A stretch of DNA of 61,340 nt from Octopus bimaculoides (lineage: Eukaryota). The notes below the pieces were generated by a model. That model worked only from the letters and a program-made list of their open reading frames with translations. It ran no database searches and was not told where the DNA came from. The position numbers and the translations under genes are program-made. How positions within the stretch are numbered: the first letter of the stretch is position 1; every line of letters begins with the position of its first letter. Shown here one piece after another: positions 12,016 to 24,152 of this stretch. The DNA is taken from positions 161,306,926 through 161,368,265 of the forward strand of contig NC_068982.1 in the NCBI RefSeq assembly GCF_001194135.2, in the 5' to 3' direction.

Positions 12016-12419
12016 AGATCTAAATTAATATAGTTGTAATTTAACAATTAAAAATTTATATATTCAAAATATGTAATTACATATCTATATATAAATGAGT
12101 GTCTGAGTGCCCGCGCGTTTTTATGTATATTTACAATTGATTTCTTTTTAATGAGAGAAATATCTTGAAATTATTTGTTGTAAAATTAAGCGTGCGGGAA
12201 AAACTCATGGGATTGTAAATAGCCCAGGAGTTATAACAAGGAAAACTGGAGACAGAAAACAAACGGGTAGAAAAAAAAAATGTTTCGTACACGTGCTTTT
12301 GTTTAATGTTGACGATTTTTGTGACAAGCTCCCTTGTGGAAGCTAGCAACACCGAACTGCCAAAGAAGCATTTTTAGGTAGTTCATGATACGAGGGTACC
12401 TCCAAAGGTGAAAGATATG

Positions 12420-12593
12420 CAAATAATCGATAAAGAATCGATTAAATAGGAAGAAATTTCGGTGATCGCGGCTGCGCAATGCTTAAATTCAAGTGTTGGC
12501 GCCCATTTCCGGCATTGGTTCACATGGTTGAATCCAATTTTAGCAAGCTCCTGCTGCCGAGAAAAAAAAAATATAGGTCTCTGTTCCGCAACG
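12420..12593 (+). promoter_or_regulatory. Probable WDR77 core promoter / 5' UTR
   Basis: CpG-retaining segment directly upstream of the ATG, with an ETS-like ATTTCCGG (~12505-12512) and two ATCGAT hexamers (12426, 12437). The TSS cannot be determined from sequence. Confidence 0.4.
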
Positions 12594-12651
12594 ATGGATC
12601 AAATACCGGCTGTTATGGACAGACACCTGGACGTAATTCAGCATCGTAAAG
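12594..12651 (+). CDS. WDR77: WDR77/MEP50 coding exon 1 (MDQIPAVMDRHLDVIQHRK-, phase 1)
   Basis: ATG at 12594 and donor AAAG|GTAAGT at 12652. Splices in frame to exon 2 giving PAVMDRHLDVIQHRKEGGILLG, which resembles human MEP50 [22 protein letters not shown] as recalled. Confidence 0.8.
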
Positions 12652-15600
12652 GTAAGTAGTGTTTTACTGATAGAAAAACAAGAATTTAGTGCCGGTGAAG
12701 CATTTAATTTAGTTGTGTAATTAAGTAAATTGTGTAGTGTCATGGAAGCTAGTTAAGTCTGTCGTTGGACGATTCAGACGGCTTCATTCACTCTTCATTT
12801 ATCGACATATATACATCTCTGATATAATGTTTTCTTTCTTAGAGTGGTCAGTATATATCTGTTAACTCAATTTTTTCGTTATACGTCTTATTATAATTGT
12901 TTTAACAAACCAAAGTGATTTAACAGCATGTCGTAGATGGGTCTTTCGAAAAATTTATATAGATTTCTTTTAAGACCCATCTACGACATGCTGTGAAATC
13001 CACTATAAATTTGTGTTCGTATGCTTGAATGACATACGTAAAGATAATTCTCAATGAATTGAAGTACATCGTCCTGGTTGGGTGTGTTTACAAGTAGTTC
13101 TCCTTCACGAACTAACTGTAAAGAACTCAATACTTAGTATATAGTCAATTTATTCACAGTACCTTATCTAGAGACATGTTAAGAGTGGCGGCTATAATGG
13201 TCAAAGCGGATAAAAATAAAGGAACACCAGCAGAGTTGTAAAAGTTTGATGGGTGAAGTAATGACAGGGAAATCCCAAACATATGCGTATATACATACAC
13301 CAGCTCATATACATTGATATAATCGATCGATCGATCTGCTAGAAACCATAACCTTAATTGTGATTCATCTAGCTGAAGCAACAGCATAAAAAATGACGGT
13401 GGTGAAGTGGATACTACCACTTAGCTAAGAAAGAATAATGCATCCCTACTTTCCTAGATACTGTTGCAATAGATATAAAATGTGTATGTATGTGTGTGTG
13501 TATTCACTGAATGTTTGTAAAACAAAATTAGATGTTTGGCCTTAGAAACACACCGTCCATGACCATCCCGTGTATTTAGTATTAGGTTCTTCCCTCTTTT
13601 AGCCGATGTAGCTTTAAATTTAAATGGAGATTTTGGCTGGTATTTCTAGCATATTGTGTGATTACGTAGAGGCTTCCTTGTGTCTTCTTCCCCGAAAGAA
13701 CACAAAGTAGAAGAGTATGAAAATAGATGGGAATTTCTTCGAACGATTTCTGTGGTTCCAAAGCTAACTGGGGGATATTAGTGCTGAATGAGAAATAAAT
13801 GTCCCACATCTTTTATCTTTTCATAGTCGATTTTTTTGGTACTACTTGAATACAGAGGTCCTTAAAAACTAACCCTAACCTCACGAGACCTGTATTTAAG
13901 TAATGCCGATTTTCCCCCCTTTCTTTGAAATGATTTAAATGCTTATTTACCCAGAAGACAATTTACTTCGAAATATAGGTACTCCGTCGTTTACACGTTT
14001 ATGAAACTAAAATATAGAGTGTTATCTTGTATTCTAAATATTTCTGACCTTTAATTTTGTTTAAAAATTAGTTATCAGTAAAGATAATTTGAAGTTGTAT
14101 ACTTGAAATAGATGTCTAACATCTATCTAGATCTTCGTGATAATTTTATAATCTTTAACCCTGAATCAGCCTACCGGAGACGATTTTCTCTCTTAAAGAA
14201 TCCGTTACTGCCTTAGAAATAAATAGTTCCTACAACGAATACAGTCAAGTCTTGCTTGACATTGAAAAAATTTCGGTAGAAAAGTACTAAGTTCATATGA
14301 AGATATTTAGATATTCACTGTGGTATGTTTGTGGATATAATTTCATTGGTTTTCATTAATCTTTCTTTTTTTCATCGAAACTTTAGTTAATTGATAATTT
14401 GATTCCGTATCAAGCTTCAGTTTTTAGCTGGGATTAGTGTTTCTTAAAAGAGTTTGCTTCTTCGGTACATCATACAAACTGAAAAAAAAAAAAGGAAAAA
14501 CACATCAAAAGCTTATTGTCTACACAATACCTCTATTGTATTATTCGTCATTTTAATGTCCAATATAATTCGTATAATCCCAATAGCCACTTCACTCATG
14601 TCCTGGACAAGCCATGTGGATGCTTTGTGGTTCTTCGATAAGCTAGAAATAGTAGCCAAATCTCGATCAAATTACATTCCACCGTCATGCACTCTCTTTC
14701 TTCAAAAGACAGGATGGTCATGGCAGGAATGCCTTTTATCTTGGGTCCTCATAGTTATTAGTGGTTGTTGTCGATGCTAAGCAGTCTTGCCCATGTTAGA
14801 ACTTTTTAACCACTCGAATCGACATAGCTCGTCGTTCATACATCGTCTTTTGTCATTCTGCTTCATCAGATTTTTTTGTTGTTTTTTTCTCTATGTAGAA
14901 AACCGAAATTGTCTCACCACTGTTCTTCGTATCTGCATGAAGGGTGAAGGAGTGTGATCGAGAGAGAGAGAGAGAGAGAGCGAGCTATGTTCTTATACTT
15001 CTATGTAAAATATGAGTGTAGGCATTGCCAAATGTTTAAGTTTGCTTCATAATGAGGTTCCAGTTTCAATCCACCTACGTGGAATTTGGGGCAAATGTCT
15101 TCTAAATAGGCTCTGTGAAATTGGTTAGACGGAAACTGTGCGGAAGCTCGTCGGATGAACTGCTCTTGTAATTGAAAAGGTCAGCCTTGTCACACTGTGA
15201 CATGCTAATTCTGTTTGAACATTGTGTGAAGAGTACAAGTTTTTGTGGCATATTCAGCGATTTGCATTATAAATTCAGAGCGTTGATAGCTCTCTTACTG
15301 AAACAACGTTAATACTCTTCGTCGAAACCGATGCAAGGTCCAGCGCGCGCGCGCATCTTATATACAAACATGAGAAAAAGTACTCTACGTTAATTTATAT
15401 AGTTATTTCAATCTGGGATTTTCACTGTTGCTTCTCACATTTGTGTTGTATTTAATATGCTACGAAATCTTGTAAAAAATATTTGTAGATGACAATTGCA
15501 CATTAGGATAGTTTGTGAAAGGTAAAAATTAAGGGTGGAGGTAAAGAATACGCACACCATCCGTTTTCAGCGTAATCCTAACCACTGGGTGTGCGTATTC

Positions 15601-15864
15601 TTTACCTTCACCGAAATTAAGACAAAAAATGTACAGTAGGACACGTGCACACATTTACAAATACACATATCCTAATATATACACATGGAAACAAATCACG
15701 AACTGGTGTGTGTATATGTATATCGGCTATATATTTGAGCCCATTACCATACAAATATGATTCCGAAATTTAGAATAGGCAAAGTCTGAGCCTTGGAAGG
15801 TCTAAAAGCGATTAGAAATTCACAAGAAATACAGTAAAAAAGAGATGCCAGGCACGTAAAAACA

Positions 15865-15990
15865 CTCTGCGTGGTTAAGAAGCTTGCTTCCTAACCATGT
15901 GCTTTTAGGTTCGGTCCCACTGCGCGGCACCTTGGGCAATTGTCTTTTACTATAGCGCCTTGAGTGGATTTGGTAGACGGAAATCGAAAG
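15865..15990 (+). mobile_element. SINE (family A) tRNA-like head
   Basis: GTGGTTAAGAAGCTTGCTTCCTAACC...GGTTCGGTCCCACTGCG...GAGTGGATTTGGTAGACGGAAA. Confidence 0.7.
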
Positions 15991-16304
15991 AATATTTTAA
16001 TTTAAAAGTATATTCTTTTTTACATTTCAAATCACTGAAATTATCCTTTATTTTTTAATCGTTTCAGTCATTGAAGTGCGGCCATGCTGGGGCACCGCAG
16101 CTCCAGCGACTATGCACAGCTCAATCAATTTATCTAATTGTCTTATAGAAAAACGTTTTCATTGAACGGCCAAAGTTAAGGTGGGAAAAGGAGGAAAGAG
16201 ACGAAAAAAAAGGTGGTTGGTGGCGCGAAGTATGGATAATGTTAAAAAATGTTTTTTTTTTTTTCTAGAATAATTATATATATATACATATATATATATA
16301 TATA

Positions 16305-16899
16305 NNNNNNNNNNNNNNNNNNNNNNNNNNNNNNNNNNNNNNNNNNNNNNNNNNNNNNNNNNNNNNNNNNNNNNNNNNNNNNNNNNNNNNNNNNNNNNNN
16401 NNNNNNNNNNNNNNNNNNNNNNNNNNNNNNNNNNNNNNNNNNNNNNNNNNNNNNNNNNNNNNNNNNNNNNNNNNNNNNNNNNNNNNNNNNNNNNNNNNNN
16501 NNNNNNNNNNNNNNNNNNNNNNNNNNNNNNNNNNNNNNNNNNNNNNNNNNNNNNNNNNNNNNNNNNNNNNNNNNNNNNNNNNNNNNNNNNNNNNNNNNNN
16601 NNNNNNNNNNNNNNNNNNNNNNNNNNNNNNNNNNNNNNNNNNNNNNNNNNNNNNNNNNNNNNNNNNNNNNNNNNNNNNNNNNNNNNNNNNNNNNNNNNNN
16701 NNNNNNNNNNNNNNNNNNNNNNNNNNNNNNNNNNNNNNNNNNNNNNNNNNNNNNNNNNNNNNNNNNNNNNNNNNNNNNNNNNNNNNNNNNNNNNNNNNNN
16801 NNNNNNNNNNNNNNNNNNNNNNNNNNNNNNNNNNNNNNNNNNNNNNNNNNNNNNNNNNNNNNNNNNNNNNNNNNNNNNNNNNNNNNNNNNNNNNNNNNN
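16305..16899. other. Assembly gap next to (TA)n
   Basis: N run. Confidence 1.
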
Positions 16900-17085
16900 G
16901 AAAATACACCGGTTGTCAAGCAGTGGTGATGGACCGGGCTTTTTTTCAGTTTCCATCTATCAAATCCACTCATGGTTTTTTGGTCGGTCCGCAGTTTATA
17001 GTAGCAGACTGTGGCTCAAGGTGCCACAGCAGTAAGGACTGAACTCTGAGCCATATGGTTAGGGAAGCAAACTTCTTACCACACA
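16900..17085 (-). mobile_element. SINE (family A) head and part of body
   Basis: Reverse complement resembles the SINE head at 21997-22158. Confidence 0.65.
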
Positions 17086-17529
17086 CCAATATATCTGTGT
17101 GTGTTTGTAAAAGGACATTCCAGTCGTGACTATCGCGTCTTTCTTTTTTCCAATCACTGTGCATTTGAGATCACATTTTCCAGTTTCTGTTTTTTTTTTT
17201 TCAAGACGATACTGTATGATTTGAGAGCGATTTCGCTGCTATTTCTAGCATATGGAGTAACCACGTTGCTGCTTATTTTCTTACCTGTGTCTATATGAGT
17301 AAGCAAACAATGTAACTATGTCTAAACCTTCAATTTTTCCTGAAAGTGTCAATTACTTTCCTTTATCGATATATTTTCTACGTATAACAACTATGCTTTG
17401 TGCGGCTCATGTTTTATAGAATTCATTTAACTTTTCCTTACGACTCTATTAGATCTTTGGTTCCAAGTTTTATCAAGTATTTATTATTGAATAAAGTACT
17501 TATTTCTCGACCCTCCAAAATGAACCAAA

Positions 17530-17740
17530 GAGGGATCCCATCAGGAACTGGTACCGAGCCGCACAGAATGAATTTAAAAATTTTATTTTATTGACTCTCA
17601 CAGTCAGCAGGGTGTTTGTTTGTATTATGTAATAATTAAATTATTATGCATTTAATGTTTATGTGCGTCATCCTCTGGTTCGTGGAAAAATAATCTTGCT
17701 TGAAATCTGTCCGTGGTGCAGAAAAGGTTGGGGACCGCTA
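17530..17740. mobile_element. hAT-Charlie-like MITE remnant
   Basis: 3' end GGTTCGTGGAAAAATAATCTT...GTCCGTGGTGCAGAAAAGGTTGGGGACCGCT matches the Charlie-type terminus; internal GGTACCGAGCCGCACAG. Confidence 0.6.
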
Positions 17741-18859
17741 CTGTACATGATAGCTCAACCCAGTAGAAATAGCTGAGAAATCTATTCAGAATTACATACA
17801 TATTAAGAGGAAAGACACTAGATAATACAGACCGCTGCCTGACAAAAAGTGCGATGATCACGGTTAGAATGTCATTGATCATATATCTACTGGATTAGCT
17901 TTTCTGTCCTGGGATTAAAAAATATTTTTTGTAACATATAATTTGCATAGCTAAAATATCACTCGTTTCGAATGAATCTCTTATTCAGTTTTCCCATTGA
18001 AAATAGTCGAGAAGTAAAGAATCTATTTCCAGGAGGTTCTATGTAAGGTAGCATCTCTCATTAGCCATCCCTACAAAATTCTCCTCTTATTTCACTTGGT
18101 AGGACACAATGAATCAACTTTCCTCTTACACGGTAAAACTATATTCATTCCTTTCGCGATACCTTTATGGTTCTTGTCCTTATTTCTTGGGTAAGACTTG
18201 CTGTTTCATCTCAATTTTTTTACTAAGAATACATGCCCCATTACACATACGCATCCTTTCTACCTCACATCCTCTCTTTCTCTTCATTCATGAGTTGCCA
18301 AATAATTCTCTTAAACCTGTTAGACGCTTTGAGGCAAATGGCTGATTAACTTGATAATCTATTTGAAATTAATGAATTTAACATTTGTTTCATTTGTAAA
18401 TTTGAAACTACTTCATTAACTGTATGTACTAATACACACTCACGGCATCGTTGTGAGAACATATACAGGATGTATTAGTACTGATAAAGTATAGAAGTTG
18501 TTGCCTTGGCAAGTCTTGATCGAGTAGACCAATGCACGTTGTACTCCAAAAACACTTTGCCTCTGCTTAGTGTAAGATTGCTATCTAAAGTTTTTTTACT
18601 TTGTCATTCAGTATATCACCTATCAGAAGTATCTAAGTTTGTCATTAGACTATTTGAATTATTTCTCTTTCTTTTAAACTATAGTACCTTATCTAGTAGG
18701 GTTTGTTTTTATCGTAATTGGAGTGAATTTTAGCGTCGTCGTTCAATTCCTATTTTACTACTGTCGTATAAGAACAAATGAAAGATATATTTTCATTATT
18801 GAATTCTTTCGTCTAAAGCACATTTTAAATAATTTTAAACTCAAAGCCAACTACTTTTA

Positions 18860-19030
18860 AGCTTAGTCGATTATATATTGATCTTAGATTTTGACGGCTA
18901 CTGTATTTTATCTGCCTCACCAAAGATGAAAGGCAAATCTGAACTCCACGGGATTTGAACTAGGAAAGTTGGAAGCCAGAAGAAATATCATAAAGCATTT
19001 TTCCGACGCTCTAAATTTTCTGCCGATCGA
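18860..19030 (-). mobile_element. SINE (family B)
   Basis: AAGATGAAAGGCAAATCTGAACTCCACGGGATTTGAACT..., same family as 29020-29225, 34376-34530 and 40330-40540. Confidence 0.6.
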
Positions 19031-19911
19031 CTGCTCTTAACGCGCATTTTAAAATAATGCGACGTCCTGAGTGGGCATCAACATTTATTTCACTTCCAAT
19101 CCCACTGAATGTGGAAGAAATTACCGCTGCAATAAGTATATCCTGCAAAACCTACTGAACGGGCTATTTGGCTTGTTGCTTGACACATGCTAGATTACAC
19201 TGACAAATGTGAGTGGTCAGTACAGCAATCGTACAATAACTGGTGTTAAGCGGTGGCATATTCTTGAGTTGTCTTGTTTGACTAGGGAATTGATACGAGG
19301 TCATGAATACAATGACAGCATTCGGTATTTCTTCGCTTCCTGGGTACCTTGAAAGTGAATGTATTTTCTTTGTCGAAAGTGGATGTTACCGAAAAGTTAA
19401 AGCCTTTAGCAACTTTTTATGATTTTTTCCTTCACATTTTCCCATGGCCTACATGTATGGCTCACATACTCTTATCTCTATTATTGGCAGTGTGCAAATT
19501 TTAAATAAATTCTAAAATCTGCTCAATAGACTATAAACGCTTTAGCTTATTGAAATAAGCTAAAGCGTTTATAGCTTATTGCCATTATTGAAGTTGAACC
19601 TGCCAAATATTCTGATTACATTCATGTGAGCTAACATGACTTAAAAAAACGTAAAGTGTATCGAATGTTATTTGCAAAGAGTAGGATTCGCAGCAAATAC
19701 GCACTTATGCCACCATATACGACGTTGTTCTGTTTCTTTTGTGCATATGAAATTCACTGAAGACTCGCATTGTGTATAGATGGATACCTATGGAAGTATA
19801 AATAAGTTAATTGCAAGAAATGAGATTTTCCTTGAGGAAAACTTTCGGAAAGTCTTCCTCCCGCCCCCCATTTTCTCCCAAACAACTAGTAGTTTAAGCT
19901 GAAGAGTGGAC

Positions 19912-19950
<39 letters not shown>

Positions 19951-20148
19951 GCATTATAATAGAAAATGTCTCATTTGAAATATGGAAGCTCTTCAACTAT
20001 GTACATCAGTCTTGAGTAAATCCTGTCTCATTAAATTACTGGTTGGTTGTGCACTTTTGTAAAATAAGCTATCCTTTATTAATTAGGATCACCAAGCTAT
20101 CCTGTAATGTGACAGAAGATCACCTCCTCCAATGCCCCCTCCCCTCTT

Positions 20149-20179
<31 letters not shown>

Positions 20180-20189
20180 GTCATGCAAG

Positions 20190-20395
20190 TAAGTACCTGG
20201 TGATCCTATCAGTGCAGGTGCCACTTAAAAGCACCCAGTCCACACTGTAAAGTGGTTGACGTTTGGAAAGGCATCCAGCTGTAAAAACCCTGCCAAAACA
20301 GTCACAGAAGTCTCATACAGGCTTCTGCCTAGCCAGCTCTTGTGAAACCAAGCCACCCATGCTAGCAGGGACGGCAGATGTTAAACGATGATGTT
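20190..20395 (+). mobile_element. RTE LINE 3' tail fragment
   Basis: GGAAAGGCATCCAGCTGTAAAA...GATGTTAAACGATGATG. Confidence 0.75.
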
Positions 20396-20905
20396 CTAAC
20401 AATGCTAACATAATGAAGAGTAACATTTAATACTTCTATCATTAAATGTTATTAGGGGTTTTTTTTTTTTTTTGGAGGGGGAGGGTGACATTTATATACT
20501 TTTTGTCATAGATGGGATGGTGCATGCAAATTTGGACATTTATATATTGTTGAAGCAATAGCTTGTCCTTTCATTTATGAAGTATGGGTAGAACATTGTC
20601 AGCTAAGCAGACTGATGCCAGCAGAGCTGTCTCTTGCCCACAAAGTACAACAGAAAATATTTATGACCTTTCTTTAGGTTTTTGAGAAATATCACCCTTT
20701 CCTTTTCCTTTTCCTTTCCTTTTTACTTATTTCAGTCATTTGACTGCGGCCATGCTGGGGCATCGCCTTTAATCAAGCTAATCAACCCTGGGACTTATTC
20801 TTTGTAAGCCTAGTACTTATTCCATCGGTCTCTTTTCGCCGAACCGCCAAGTTACGGGGACGTAAACACATCAGCATCGGTTGTCAAGCGATGGCGGGGG
20901 GACAA

Positions 20906-20942
<37 letters not shown>

Positions 20943-20943
<1 letters not shown>

Positions 20944-21954
20944 GAGGTAGTCGATAGCTTCCGCTATCTGGGCGACCAAGTTAGTAGTGGGGGTGGGTGC
21001 GCTGAAAGTGTAGCTGCTAGAATAAGAATAGCCTGGGCAAAGTTTAGAGAGCTCTTACCCCTGCTGGCGACAAAGGGACTCTCACTCAGAGTAAAAGGCA
21101 GACTGTATGACGCATGCGTACGAACAACCATGCTACATGGCAGTGAAACATGGGCTGTAACTGCTGAGGACATACGTAAGCTCGCAAGGAATGAAGCCAG
21201 TATGNNNNNNNNNNNNNNNNNNNNNNNNNNNNNNNNNNNNNNNNNNNNNNNNNNNNNNNNNNNNNNNNNNNNNNNNNNNNNNNNNNNNNNNNNNNNNNNN
21301 NNNNNNNNNNNNNNNNNNNNNNNNNNNNNNNNNNNNNNNNNNNNNNNNNNNNNNNNNNNNNNNNNNNNNNNNNNNNNNNNNNNNNNNNNNNNNNNNNNNN
21401 NNNNNNNNNNNNNNNNNNNNNNNNNNNNNNNNNNNNNNNNNNNNNNNNNNNNNNNNNNNNNNNNNNNNNNNNNNNNNNNNNNNNNNNNNNNNNNNNNNNN
21501 NNNNNNNNNNNNNNNNNNNNNNNNNNNNNNNNNNNNNNNNNNNNNNNNNNNNNNNNNNNNNNNNNNNNNNNNNNNNNNNNNNNNNNNNNNNNNNNNNNNN
21601 NNNNNNNNNNNNNNNNNNNNNNNNNNNNNNNNNNNNNNNNNNNNNNNNNNNNNNNNNNNNNNNNNNNNNNNNNNNNNNNNNNNNNNNNNNNNNNNNNNNN
21701 NNNNNNNNNNNNNNNNNNNNNNNNNNNNNNNNNNNNNNNNNNNNNNNNNNNNNNNNNNNNNNNNNNNNNNNNNNNNNNNNNNNNNNNNNNNNNNNNNNNN
21801 NNNNNNNNNNNNNTAGGAAGGGCATCCAGCTGTAGAAACTCTGCCAAATCAGACTGGAGCCTGGTGTTGCCATCCGGTTTCACCAGTCCTCAGTCAAATC
21901 GTCCAACCCATGCTAGCATGGAAAGCGGACGTTAAACGACGATGATGATGATGA

Positions 21955-21957
<3 letters not shown>
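20943..21957 (+). mobile_element. Young 5'-truncated RTE (BovB-like) LINE
   Basis: Uninterrupted EVVDSFRYLGDQVSSGGGCAESVAARIRIAWAKFRELLPLL...LYDACVRTTMLHGSETW, then a gap, then the 3' UTR and a (GAT)n tail. Confidence 0.9.
21205..21813. other. Assembly gap inside the RTE copy
   Basis: 609 N; the equivalent interval in the 30 kb RTE copy is 636 bp. Confidence 1.
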
Positions 21958-21988
<31 letters not shown>

Positions 21989-22803
21989 ATATATACGACA
22001 GGCTTCTTTCAATTTCCATCTACCAAATCCACTCACAAGGCTTTGGTCGGCCCGAGGCTACAGTAGAAGACACTTGCCAAAGGTGTCACGCAGTGGGACT
22101 GAACCTGGAACCATGTGGTTGGTAAGCAAGCTACTTACCACACAGCCACTCCTGCGCCAACTTATGTTAAACCTATTTATTGATAAGTGCCATCAAATGA
22201 ATACCTTGCTAATTCCTGTATTGAATATGAAGAAAGAAAATGAGCATCTCTGAAAGCTTTTCATAATGTACATTTTAATGAATGGGGGTGAATGAGTTTA
22301 TTACATTATGTAATCTTGGAAGCCAGTAAAGCATATGAAACTGTCTCATTGAGAACTATTGCACTGAACAAGAAAATAACAATTCTGATTTGTGTGAGAA
22401 TTTATTCAGTGTTGACATTTCTTGTTTGGTTGACCAACTTCCCAGTTTTGTCTATATAATACCGTGAATATGCATACATACATATACATGTAATACAAGA
22501 TGTGTATATATGTATATGATGCAGAAGGTGAATAGAGTGTTAATGGCTTTTGAATATATATTTCAATCTGTCCTTTTTTATTTTAGTTTTTGTGTACTCT
22601 TATAAATTTTTGTTAATTGTAGTCCTGAAAGGATCAACCTATTTCACTATTTCAGTATTGTATGTGTGTATGTAATATATATATACTGTTTGTTTTTTCA
22701 TCAAAACAAGTTAAACCTCAAGTAGTGCTTTACAAATTCCAGTGGGTGGCAAAACACTTATTGCACTTCATTAAAAAAAAAAAAACACATGTATGTGTGT
22801 ACA

Positions 22804-23135
22804 TATGAAGGTCAGCTAAAAAGTTCATAATCTAAGATACTCTCATAGAACATGATCAAATGAGTTTATTTTCCAGCATAGTCCCCCTTGCAGTCCACAC
22901 ACTTCTTCCATTGGTGTTGAGGTGCTTGGATCCTGCTAGTAAAAAGCCTTTCATCATGTTGGTAAAAAAACATCAACAGTAGATATGACGTCATCATCAC
23001 GGTGATACTGGTTCCCAGCTAAGTGTTTTTTCATGTTGGGGGAACAGATGATAGTCAGATGGGTCCAAATCAGGAGAATAGGGAGGGTGAACAACCTGTT
23101 CAAAACCAGTCATACACAGTAGCCATTGAAATCAA
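22804..23135 (-). mobile_element. Mariner transposase 3' fossil with terminal repeat
   Basis: HPPYSPDLDPSDYHLFP/NMKKHLAGNQYHRDDDVIS (YSPDL motif); terminus TATGAAGGTCAGCTAAAAAGTTC. Confidence 0.8.
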
Positions 23136-23792
23136 GAACTTGAAGATGGTCAATAAACACAATGCCCTCTGCATCTCAAAAAACTGAAGCCATCAACTTC
23201 ACTGGGTACAAGATGCCAACTTTCTGGATGTTTCTGCTAACCTCTGATTTGTTTACAGAAACTACTTTCTAAATTGCTATGAGATTGTCAACATTTTGGT
23301 TTGATAAATTTTTATGAAGATGTTACTGTTATGTTTTTTTTCACTCCTCCATTTGCAAAATGTCTTTATTGTTGGAGTAATTGTTTTACAATTGTACAGT
23401 GTTAATCCTAGACCAGCTCTTATCCAACGATGATCAGACTTTTAGCTATGTTGCTCAGGCTATATTTTGTGAACAACTTCTGTAGTTCTAACATGTTCAT
23501 TTGTTGGCTCATATTATAAGACAAGCAAGCAGAAAGAAATAACCCTTGGCCAGGGTCATAACACAATAACCAAAGTAAACCTAAAGCTTTTGATTATGTC
23601 ATCATCCCAAATGGAGATGAATACCAACATTTCCATATGGTACACTTGAACAATTATGAACATCTCTTCACATGAAATCATTGGTCGTCTTGTTAAGCCA
23701 CAAATAAACTGTGTGTGTGTTGGGGTCAATAACCCAACACCCTCCATTGTCAGGAGGTTTCAAGCTATCTTATAAAAATGGTTATTGTTAGT

Positions 23793-24011
23793 TTAACCCT
23801 TTAGCATTTAAACCAGCTATATCTGACCCAAATATTCTACCTGTTTTATGTTCAAACTGGCCAGATCTAGTCTCTCACATCTACCCAGCCATGTCTAAAA
23901 ATAAACAATCACATCATTGAAATCTCAAAGTTTCAAGATAAAGCATGGTTAATTCAAAACAATGTGAATTAATAAACATATTTGGCAGAAATTTGAATGC
24001 TAAAGGGTTAA
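23793..24011 (+). mobile_element. piggyBac-type MITE, copy 1
   Basis: TTAA-CCCTTTAGCATTT ... GAATGCTAAAGGG-TTAA. Confidence 0.85.
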
Positions 24012-24152
24012 TTTTCTTTTCATTGTTTTGTGTCCATTTTACATACTGGAATGGATTGGATATGTCTGTTCCACCACTGTCTTTCCATTTGTCAGAGCCC
24101 GTTTACCACCTGGTGTACTCAACCACAAAAAAATCCACCAATCTTTGATGTT

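Larger units (their letters stand above)
20697..22158 (-). mobile_element. Full-length tRNA-derived SINE (family A) split by an RTE insertion
   Basis: Head at 22158-21997 with A-box TGGCTGTGTGG and B-box GGTTCAGTCCC, central (TA)/(CA) tract, body at 20905-20725 and an (AAAAGG)-like tail at 20697-20725. Confidence 0.8.

Noticed and set aside
12131-12480. Divergent gene sharing the WDR77 promoter (human WDR77 is head-to-head with ATP5PB)
   Set aside because: Minus-strand ORFs are short, lack similarity to anything recognised, and have only weak donors.
15343-15354. (GC)6 Z-DNA-prone tract
   Set aside because: Short and comparable to the many alternating purine-pyrimidine microsatellites here; useful only as evidence of CpG retention.
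16159-21883. Long ORFs listed across N runs (also at 4.5-5.0 kb, 10.4-10.7 kb and 42.9-43.4 kb)
   Set aside because: Their length is an artefact of translating gaps; only the RTE portion at 20943-21204 is real coding-derived sequence.
22090-22158. tRNA gene
   Set aside because: Has A/B boxes but continues into a SINE body and occurs in multiple decayed copies; it is a SINE head, not a tRNA.
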